From contig NC_004459.3 in the NCBI RefSeq assembly GCF_000039765.1, positions 120,001 to 152,000 of the forward strand: a stretch of DNA of 32,000 nt, read 5' to 3'. Under the pieces are notes generated by a model. That model was not told the DNA's origin, searched no databases, and worked only from the letters and a program-made list of their open reading frames with translations. Every line of letters starts with the position of its first letter. Position 1 is the first letter of the stretch. The position numbers and the translations under genes are program-made. Source of the stretch: Vibrio vulnificus CMCP6. GTDB taxonomy: Bacteria; Pseudomonadota; Gammaproteobacteria; Enterobacterales; Vibrionaceae. Shown one piece after another: positions 18,501 to 25,209 of this stretch.

Positions 18501-19017
18501 AGAGTAAGGAATAGGTTTTTAATTCTTTTGATTCAATATCGTAGTCATAAAAATTGATGCCATCACTCACCCAAATGTGGCCATCTGAGCTGCCAATTTT
18601 TCTGATTTCTGCCCCTGGGTTTAAGCTAAACGCTAACTGACGTTTCTGATTGGGGTACGTTTGGAAGACTTCGTTCGCGACAAAAGTCCAAAAACTGCCT
18701 TGGTGAAAGGCCACTTGCTCGGAAGGATACTCTAGAAGGCTGCCACGTTTCGGCAACAAGGTATTGCCATCGAAATATTGCACTTTGCCGTGCACGTCAT
18801 GTATCCATAAACCACCATCACCGCCAACAAAGAGATTTTTAGCGGCAACAAAGGTTCCCTGCTCCTGTCCAGGCAGTGGGTAAAATATGGCAGAGTTTCC
18901 GTCCAAAGCTAGCGCTTTGAACGGTAGTGTAAGCCCAGCGAGTAGAAGCCAGGCAAGAATACGCAGCAAGTCAGATTTCCCTGTAAAGTCAATTCTTACG
19001 CCCTTGATTATTTTCAA
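15565..19017 (-). CDS. Membrane-bound AraC-family regulator with an HTCS-type periplasmic sensor (Reg_prop beta-propeller repeats plus Y_Y_Y) and a degenerate histidine-kinase-like module
   Basis: 1150-aa ORF. It has a signal/TM segment (LRILAWLLLAGLTLPFKALA), at least 12 repeats of the type G.(I/L)W(I/V).(T/S)..G(L/I).(Y/F), a Y_Y_Y-like segment (TLYYRLNQEHW...LAAGDYLLSVK), TM2 (residues 747-767), a DHp-like helix, a HATPase-like region and a C-terminal AraC HTH (SERSLQRRFK...GFNDPSYFSQRFK). The ORF has no ATG start. Candidate starts are TTG at 19017 or TTG at 18969, the latter preceded by AGGGA. Confidence 0.85.
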   Translation of the reverse strand: MKIIKGVRIDFTGKSDLLRILAWLLLAGLTLPFKALALDGNSAIFYPLPGQEQGTFVAAKNLFVGGDGGLWIHDVHGKVQYFDGNTLLPKRGSLLEYPSEQVAFHQGSFWTFVANEVFQTYPNQKRQLAFSLNPGAEIRKIGSSDGHIWVSDGINFYDYDIESKELKTYSLLSLYQNNQSSYVYINDAKRVLSKWVLGTTSGAYLSQGEQFTHIKASAKHFVAKLYFSPTRRELLVGTLNGAALIDILKPTQKNIMIGESHVLSMTETNQEYWIGTEHGLYSYSFLTGQVAKVKAAGAQDVSPDNRKIYSLVNDEQGGIWVATNSGILYYSLFGRKFERLNNITEEKASRFNGNITKIVYASDETIWFKDANNLYRAIGVNKQYSRVRLPVKVNDFALEDGNIWIASEQGLYIYDTNQYKLRSFDLPSYLKGKEIDFVSVSPQGKVWISSGYRLAAIGVADGRFQDYGDRWIASQNLPARILGLEVDQKVPLIVRTDHGAYVLENDKIRFERNTQSFGESVDIAEAKDGSLWFAGTHGIYRKDPTEKTLGELALPQENVKPICLVTDASGIWMVSSIGLSFYNFDGELRKHFGSRSGIMSNEFVEGACAASFGEAQSGSVLVLGSKYGLVFADRDDLMVSKLPEPRVVISQVRIDDQVANIGQKEWQLPELAYGSAISFGLGVMPNAYGETLYYRLNQEHWQTTEAGQVSFEHLAAGDYLLSVKTSLVAGDSVQVRFTVLHPWYQTTMAMAIFVLLIVALGGLVVFWRSRYVSVQNRELTALVALKTNQLRHQSRVLLTSNQQLRKQIQVRNLLVDNVARSLRQSVDALLSKPSVEPASEYQEHQMRIAMLLEELKSSPSDGTDGHLQNFNVSHIIQSVVDVWEDELNKSGVQVHISGESDDYRVAVGQFNLDVIFNSVFASVLKRAYRGQMLDIVIREQNDFVEVSFIDFGQPFSTSTEAEDSAGVESTKVDTAIEKLPALVEQSGGRLSLFSSAERNKIEILWPKAVESLINDEEPSIFVDSVELSPVTEVSSEAVLSPEQLWLAKVEAMVAEHYTNPEFGTAMAAKKLYVSERSLQRRFKSASSRTFTDYLTEVRLEKACESLLAGEKVVDVAFASGFNDPSYFSQRFKLYFGVPPSKFASDALESE

Positions 19018-19140
19018 CGCTTTAGAGCATTATTTTGGGGCGCTAAATATCATAGCGAAATTGCGGCATGATAAAAATATCAACTTAGCAAGGGTTGCTA
19101 ATATCACTAATTGGATCACGTAAATAGGGAGAAGTTGGAT

Positions 19141-20016
19141 CTACTTATCATGTAAACATTGGTAGAAATCATTCCCCATTGAGAGGAGATAATTAAAGTA
19201 GCCGCCGGATTCAAGTGTCACTTCTGTACCAATAGGGTCTAGAACCCCTTTTTTCGCCGAGCTGCCTCTCATGACACTTTCGATAACCGCTGGTGTAAAT
19301 TGTGGCTCAGCAAACACACACACAACATCGCCTTTTGCTAAACGGTTACGAATTTCAATCAACGTTTTCGCTCCAGGCTTTTTCTCCGGGCTAACCGTAA
19401 AGTGCCCAAGGTTGCGAAGTTGATACTGCTGTTCAAAGTAGCCATAAGCATCATGGAACACATAGTAGCCGCGCTCTTTCACTCCTTGTAGCAACTTATT
19501 TAAACGCGTATCCGTTTCATCCAATCCCTGCATGAAACGCTTTAAGTTAGCTTTGTACTGTTCTTCGTTCTGCGCGTCGATTTCGATCAGACGCGCCGTT
19601 ATCGCTGGAGCAACTTGTTTGACCGCGTCGATGCCCATCCAAAAATGGGGGTCATGGCTACCGTGATCATGGCCATCATGCTGATGAGCCTCTTGGTATT
19701 CACGTAACTTAAGAGAAGGAATCGCGCTGATCGTTAGCACATTGGAATGTTCTGACACCAACTTTGTCATAAAAGGCTCTAAGGATGAGCCAAACCACAC
19801 TATCAGATCCGCTTGCCTTACTTTTTTCACGTCAGAAGGTTTCAAAGCGTAATCGTGAGGCGATGCATTGGCAGCCACGAGTAACTTGGGGGTCGTTACC
19901 TCTTGCGTAAGCTCATTGACGATCAGCTGTATTGGTTTAATGCTGGTTAAAACCTCAACGGCAAGCGCTTGTAACGGCAAAAATAACGTAAAAGTACACA
20001 ATAAAAAGCGAATCAT
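19141..20016 (-). CDS. znuA: Zinc ABC transporter periplasmic binding protein ZnuA
   Basis: 291-aa ORF with a signal peptide, cluster-9 SBP motifs and the His/Asp-rich loop EAHQHDGHDHGSHDPHFW. Divergent from znuCB. Confidence 0.92.
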   Translation of the reverse strand: MIRFLLCTFTLFLPLQALAVEVLTSIKPIQLIVNELTQEVTTPKLLVAANASPHDYALKPSDVKKVRQADLIVWFGSSLEPFMTKLVSEHSNVLTISAIPSLKLREYQEAHQHDGHDHGSHDPHFWMGIDAVKQVAPAITARLIEIDAQNEEQYKANLKRFMQGLDETDTRLNKLLQGVKERGYYVFHDAYGYFEQQYQLRNLGHFTVSPEKKPGAKTLIEIRNRLAKGDVVCVFAEPQFTPAVIESVMRGSSAKKGVLDPIGTEVTLESGGYFNYLLSMGNDFYQCLHDK

Positions 20017-20052
20017 AATAATCCAAGTTGGTAAGTAGCGTTCATTAGGATA

Positions 20053-20073
20053 AAATGTTACATTATAACACTC
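20053..20073. promoter_or_regulatory. Zur box in the divergent znuA / znuCB promoter region
   Basis: AAATGTTACATTATAACACTC contains TGTTACATTATAACA, one mismatch from the palindromic core TGTTATAWTATAACA. It is centred between the znuA start (20016) and the znuC start (20098). Confidence 0.8.
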
Positions 20074-20097
20074 ACCAATTGCAAATGAGTTCTATTC

Positions 20098-20883
20098 ATG
20101 TCAGCGTTAATTAGCCTAAAGGCGCTTTCGGTCACCTTTGACGATAAGAAAGTTTTAGACAGTATTAGCTTGGATTTGCACAAAGGTAAAATCACGACAC
20201 TGATCGGCCCAAATGGTGCCGGCAAGTCAACCTTAGTCAAAATCATCATCGGTTTACTCAAACCCACTTCAGGTCAAGTTCAACGTCAAGCAAAGCTCAC
20301 TATCGGCTATGTCCCGCAAAAGCTAAAACTCAATGACACATTGCCACTTAATGTTATCCGTTTCCTAAATCTATCAGGAAAGTATAGCCAGCAAGAAACC
20401 ATGGAAGCACTTCGACTTGTTGGTGCAGAGCACCTATATAAATCCAACATGCACAAACTCTCTGGCGGTGAGACTCAACGCGTGCTGTTGGCTCGCGCGC
20501 TTTTGCAACGGCCAGACTTACTTGTACTTGATGAACCCGCTCAAGGCGTCGACATTCAAGGACAAATTGATCTCTACGATTTAATTGAAAGCATCCGCCA
20601 TCGTTTCGATTGTGCCGTGTTTATGGTGTCACATGATTTACACCTGGTTATGGCAAAAACCGATGAAGTCATTTGCCTTCAACATCACGTTTGCTGTTCT
20701 GGCGCGCCAGAAGACATTACTCAGCACCCGTCTTACATTGCATTATTCGGTAGTGCGGCAAGAGACTCATTAGCGATTTATCATCACCAACATGACCACC
20801 ACCACCACGATTTAGCAGGCCAACCTGTTTCTGGTGATGCAACTCAGTGTAACCATCATCACCATGGACATCATCATGATTGA
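20098..20883 (+). CDS. znuC: Zinc ABC transporter ATPase ZnuC, with a His-rich C-terminal tail
   Basis: Walker A (GPNGAGKST), signature (LSGGETQR) and Walker B (LLVLDEP). Collinear with E. coli ZnuC. The tail has 14 His in its last 33 residues. Confidence 0.93.
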   Translation: MSALISLKALSVTFDDKKVLDSISLDLHKGKITTLIGPNGAGKSTLVKIIIGLLKPTSGQVQRQAKLTIGYVPQKLKLNDTLPLNVIRFLNLSGKYSQQETMEALRLVGAEHLYKSNMHKLSGGETQRVLLARALLQRPDLLVLDEPAQGVDIQGQIDLYDLIESIRHRFDCAVFMVSHDLHLVMAKTDEVICLQHHVCCSGAPEDITQHPSYIALFGSAARDSLAIYHHQHDHHHHDLAGQPVSGDATQCNHHHHGHHHD

Positions 20884-21661
20884 GTTTCTTCTTCCTTCTC
20901 TTTTAGCCGGCTTAGGAATTGCGCTGATCGCCGGGCCTTTGGGATCATTTGTTGTTTGGCGCAGAATGGCTTACTTCGGCGATACCCTAGCTCATGCGTC
21001 ATTAATGGGGCTAGCGCTTGGCTTTCTGCTCGATGTGAACTTGTACCTTGCGCTCATTGTATGTTGCCTCGCTTTAGCGGTGATACTCGTGACACTGCAA
21101 AAACAGCAGCTCGTTGCGTCGGATACACTGCTCGGCATCTTAGCTCACAGCGCATTGTCCATCGGTTTGGTCGCGGTAAGTTTTCTCGATAATGTCCGTG
21201 TGGATCTGATGAGCTACTTATTTGGTGATCTTTTGGCTGTCTCCCCACAAGATTTGCTGTTCATATACGCAGGAGTCGCTGCGGTTGGCGCAACGTTGTA
21301 TCTTTTTTGGCGACCGCTTTTGTCCACCACAGTTAATGAAGAGTTGGCTGCAGTGGAAGGCACCAATATCGATTTGATTCGCCTAATTTTGATGCTGATG
21401 GTCGGTATCGTTATCGCAGTGGGAATGAAATTTGTCGGCGCACTGATTATGACCTCTCTGCTGATCATCCCTGCAGCAGCGGCAAGGCGCTTTGCTCAGT
21501 CACCAGAGCAAATGGCTGGGTTTGCTTCTCTGATCGGTGTTCTTGCCGTCCTCGGTGGGTTAACGCTCTCTTGGCATTTCGATACCCCGGCAGGCCCCTC
21601 AGTGGTCATTAGCGCAACCGCTATCTTTATGCTGGCTCAACTAAAGCCGCAAACAAGCTAA
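20876..21661 (+). CDS. znuB: Zinc ABC transporter permease ZnuB
   Basis: ORF 20834..21661. ATG at 20876 ([23 protein letters not shown]) overlaps the znuC stop codon (ATGATTGA) and gives the expected 261 aa. Confidence 0.9.
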   Translation: MIEFLLPSLLAGLGIALIAGPLGSFVVWRRMAYFGDTLAHASLMGLALGFLLDVNLYLALIVCCLALAVILVTLQKQQLVASDTLLGILAHSALSIGLVAVSFLDNVRVDLMSYLFGDLLAVSPQDLLFIYAGVAAVGATLYLFWRPLLSTTVNEELAAVEGTNIDLIRLILMLMVGIVIAVGMKFVGALIMTSLLIIPAAAARRFAQSPEQMAGFASLIGVLAVLGGLTLSWHFDTPAGPSVVISATAIFMLAQLKPQTS

Positions 21662-21688
21662 AGTGACAGAACAAGTAAACTACAATGA

Positions 21689-21717
21689 AAAAGCCGAGCA
21701 TTGATTGCTCGGCTTTT
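21689..21717. terminator. Bidirectional terminator between znuB (+) and sucD (-)
   Basis: AAAAGCCGAGCA (21689-21700) / TGCTCGGCTTTT (21706-21717) with a 5-nt loop. A/T runs flank both sides. Confidence 0.88.
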
Positions 21718-21743
21718 ACTTGGACGGATGACGCTGTTGTCTA

Positions 21744-22616
21744 TTACCAACCCGTCACTTCGCGAAGTGCTTGACCAATTTCAGCCAAAGACTTAACGGT
21801 TTTCACACCAGCAGATTCAAGTGCTGCAAACTTCTCATCCGCAGTCCCTTTACCACCAGAAATGATAGCACCAGCATGGCCCATACGTTTACCCGGAGGC
21901 GCAGTTACACCAGCGATGTAAGAGACCACTGGCTTAGTAACGTTCTCTTTAATGAACGCTGCCGCTTCTTCTTCTGCCGTACCGCCAATTTCACCGATCA
22001 TCACGATCGCTTCCGTTTCTGGGTCTTCTTGGAACAATTTTAGAATATCGATGAAGTTAGAACCTGGGATTGGGTCACCACCGATACCAACACAAGTAGA
22101 CTGACCGAAACCTTCATCCGTGGTTTGTTTAACGGCTTCGTACGTTAAAGTACCTGAGCGTGAAACGATACCCACTTTACCCTTCTTATGGATATGACCT
22201 GGCATGATGCCGATCTTACACTCATCAGGAGTGATAACGCCTGGACAGTTTGGCCCAATCATACGAACGCCAGTCTGCTCCAGTTTCACTTTCACATCGA
22301 TCATATCCGTCGTAGGAATGCCCTCTGTGATGGTTACAATAAGTTCGATACCCGCATCGATTGCTTCCAAAATGGCATCTTTACAGAAAGGAGCTGGAAC
22401 GTAGATAACTGTTGCTGTTGCGCCCGTTGCTTCTACCGCTTCGCGAACAGTGTTGAACACAGGTAGGCCTAAATGTGTTTGACCACCTTTACCAGGAGAA
22501 ACACCACCAACCATTTGCGTGCCATAAGCTAGCGCTTGCTCTGAGTGGAAAGTACCTTGACCGCCTGTGAAACCCTGACAGATTACTTTGGTGTCTTTGT
22601 TAATTAATACAGACAT
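21744..22616 (-). CDS. sucD: Succinyl-CoA synthetase alpha subunit
   Basis: 290-aa ORF ([23 protein letters not shown], catalytic-His region GHAGAI). Its ATG overlaps the sucC stop codon (TAATG). Confidence 0.97.
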   Translation of the reverse strand: MSVLINKDTKVICQGFTGGQGTFHSEQALAYGTQMVGGVSPGKGGQTHLGLPVFNTVREAVEATGATATVIYVPAPFCKDAILEAIDAGIELIVTITEGIPTTDMIDVKVKLEQTGVRMIGPNCPGVITPDECKIGIMPGHIHKKGKVGIVSRSGTLTYEAVKQTTDEGFGQSTCVGIGGDPIPGSNFIDILKLFQEDPETEAIVMIGEIGGTAEEEAAAFIKENVTKPVVSYIAGVTAPPGKRMGHAGAIISGGKGTADEKFAALESAGVKTVKSLAEIGQALREVTGW

Positions 22617-23782
22617 TATTTGCCCTCCGCCGCAGCAACTACTTTCTGAGCAGCATCTGTTAGTGATTCTGCTGCAATGATATCCAAACCTGACTCTGCC
22701 AGTACTTTGCGGCCAAGATCCGCATTAGTACCTTCAAGGCGTACAACAACGGGTACGCTTACACCAACTTCTTTTACCGCGCCGATGATACCTTCTGCGA
22801 TCATGTCACAACGAACAATACCACCAAAGATGTTCACCAAAACGGCTTTTACATTGTCATCAGAAAGGATGATCTTGAATGCCTCTGCTACACGCTCTTT
22901 TGTCGCGCCGCCACCTACATCCAAGAAGTTGGCTGGTTTGCCACCGTGTAGGTTTACGATGTCCATAGTACCCATTGCAAGGCCTGCACCGTTCACCATA
23001 CAGCCGACGTTACCATCAAGTGCTACGTAGTTCAGTTCCCACTGCGCCGCATGAGCTTCACGCTTATCTTCTTGAGAAGGATCGTGCATTTCACGCAGTT
23101 TAGGTTGGCGGTAAAGCGCATTTGAGTCGATGTTGATCTTACCATCTAGACAAAGTAGGTTGCCTTCACCAGTAATCACAAGTGGGTTGATTTCAAGAAG
23201 AGCGAGATCGTATTGAGTGAACATTTCACCCAAACCCATGAAGATTTTCACAAACTGCTTAATTTGATCGCCTTGAAGACCAAGTTTAAATGCAAGCTCA
23301 CGACCTTGATAAGCCTGAGGGCCTACCAGTGGATCAATAGCCGCTTTGTGAATCAGTTCAGGTGTTTCTTCTGCAACTTTTTCGATTTCCACACCGCCTT
23401 CAGTTGAGGCCATGAAAACGACTTTACGTGTTGCACGGTCAACGACAGCACCCAAGTATAGCTCGTTGGCAATATTGGACGCTTCTTCAACCAAAATTTT
23501 TGTTACTGGCTGACCATTCGCATCTGTCTGATAAGTTACCAGGTTTTTGCCAAGCCATTTTTGTGCAAATTCTTTCACGCCTTCTTTCGTATCGTGAAGC
23601 TCTACGCCACCCGCTTTACCGCGGCCACCTGCGTGAACCTGACATTTTACAACTTTCTTCGCGGTGCTAATGCGGCCAGCAGCTTCAAATGCTTCTTGAG
23701 GTGTATCACAAGCATAACCTTCTGGTACCGGCAAACCGAATTCTGCAAACAGCTGTTTGGCTTGGTATTCATGCAAATTCAT
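22616..23782 (-). CDS. sucC: Succinyl-CoA synthetase beta subunit
   Basis: 388-aa ORF ([23 protein letters not shown]-grasp fold). Confidence 0.97.
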   Translation of the reverse strand: MNLHEYQAKQLFAEFGLPVPEGYACDTPQEAFEAAGRISTAKKVVKCQVHAGGRGKAGGVELHDTKEGVKEFAQKWLGKNLVTYQTDANGQPVTKILVEEASNIANELYLGAVVDRATRKVVFMASTEGGVEIEKVAEETPELIHKAAIDPLVGPQAYQGRELAFKLGLQGDQIKQFVKIFMGLGEMFTQYDLALLEINPLVITGEGNLLCLDGKINIDSNALYRQPKLREMHDPSQEDKREAHAAQWELNYVALDGNVGCMVNGAGLAMGTMDIVNLHGGKPANFLDVGGGATKERVAEAFKIILSDDNVKAVLVNIFGGIVRCDMIAEGIIGAVKEVGVSVPVVVRLEGTNADLGRKVLAESGLDIIAAESLTDAAQKVVAAAEGK

Positions 23783-23972
23783 TTTGATATTCCGTTTGTT
23801 CTTCCCTTAAGGGATTTATTATTTCCATAACGTCACGATTAACAGTGCGACGCCTGTAGGGTCTTCTCAAATAAACTGCTAACAGTTCAAGTGAAGGCCA
23901 GACGCTGAGCCAGTCTAGCCTTAGGGATTTTTAACGTCTAGCCATCAACGACAACTAGACGTTTTAGCGATA

Positions 23973-25181
23973 TTAAACGTCTAACAACAGACGTGCTGGA
24001 TCTTCCAGTAACTCTTTCACGGTCACTAGGAAGCCAACCGACTCGCGACCATCAATCAAGCGGTGGTCATAAGACAGTGCTAGGTACATCATTGGCAGAA
24101 TTTCAACTTTGCCATCTACCGCCATCGGACGATCTTGAATCTTATGCATACCCAAAATCGCAGATTGTGGTGGGTTGATGATTGGAGTCGACATCAATGA
24201 ACCAAACACACCACCATTCGTGATGGTAAAGTTGCCGCCAATTAGCTCGTCAACGGTTAGTTTTCCGTCACGACCTTTGATGGCGAGCTCTTTGATACCC
24301 TTTTCAACATCCGCAAAACCTAGCGTGTCGCAGTCTTTTAGGACTGGAGTCACTAGACCACGTGGCGTAGAAACCGCCATACTGATGTCAAAATAGTTGT
24401 GGTAAACAATGTCATCACCATCGATCGATGCATTGATTTCAGGATAACGCTTCAGTGCTTCAGTCACCGCTTTCACGTAGAAAGACATGAAGCCAAGACG
24501 AATACCATGACGCGCTTCAAACTGATCACCATACTGCTTACGAAGATCCATGATTGGCTTCATGTTAACTTCGTTAAACGTCGTCAACATCGCCGTGCTG
24601 TTTTTCGCTTCTAGCAAACGGTTAGCCACTGTTTTGCGTAGACGTGTCATTGGAACACGTTTTTCACTGCGAGCAGCAACCGGTGCAACTGCAGCAGGAG
24701 CTTCTGCAACTGCAGGAGCTTGTTTTGCCGCGGCAAGGTGCGCTTCGATATCTTCACGTGTAATACGGCCACCAACACCCGTACCTTTTACTTGGCTTGC
24801 TTCCAAGCTATGCTCTGCGAGAAGGCGACGCACCGCTGGACTAAGGGCATCATTGCTCTCTTCTGATAAGCTTGCTGTATGACGCTTATCTGGAGATGGC
24901 TCTGACTCTTCCGTCGTATCAGCCGTAGGTTCACCCGCGACAGCCGCCAATTTAATGCGACCAATCAGTTGCTTCGAAAGCACTGTCGCACCTTCTTCTT
25001 CAACGATCGCTTCCAGAATACCCGCTTCTGAAGCCGGTACTTCTAACACTACTTTGTCTGTTTCAATATCAACCAGTACTTCATCGCGCTCAACTCTGTC
25101 GCCTGGTTTCTTGTGCCAAGTTGCAACTGTTGCATCGGCTACTGATTCAGGTAAATCTGGAACCAGAATTTCAATAGTCAT
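23973..25181 (-). CDS. sucB: 2-oxoglutarate dehydrogenase E2 (dihydrolipoyllysine succinyltransferase)
   Basis: 402-aa ORF with a lipoyl domain ([14 protein letters not shown]), a PSBD ([11 protein letters not shown]) and a catalytic domain (SYDHRLIDG). Confidence 0.97.
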   Translation of the reverse strand: MTIEILVPDLPESVADATVATWHKKPGDRVERDEVLVDIETDKVVLEVPASEAGILEAIVEEEGATVLSKQLIGRIKLAAVAGEPTADTTEESEPSPDKRHTASLSEESNDALSPAVRRLLAEHSLEASQVKGTGVGGRITREDIEAHLAAAKQAPAVAEAPAAVAPVAARSEKRVPMTRLRKTVANRLLEAKNSTAMLTTFNEVNMKPIMDLRKQYGDQFEARHGIRLGFMSFYVKAVTEALKRYPEINASIDGDDIVYHNYFDISMAVSTPRGLVTPVLKDCDTLGFADVEKGIKELAIKGRDGKLTVDELIGGNFTITNGGVFGSLMSTPIINPPQSAILGMHKIQDRPMAVDGKVEILPMMYLALSYDHRLIDGRESVGFLVTVKELLEDPARLLLDV

Positions 25182-25209
25182 ATCTGTTTCTTCCTTTTAC
25201 TTCTAGTTC

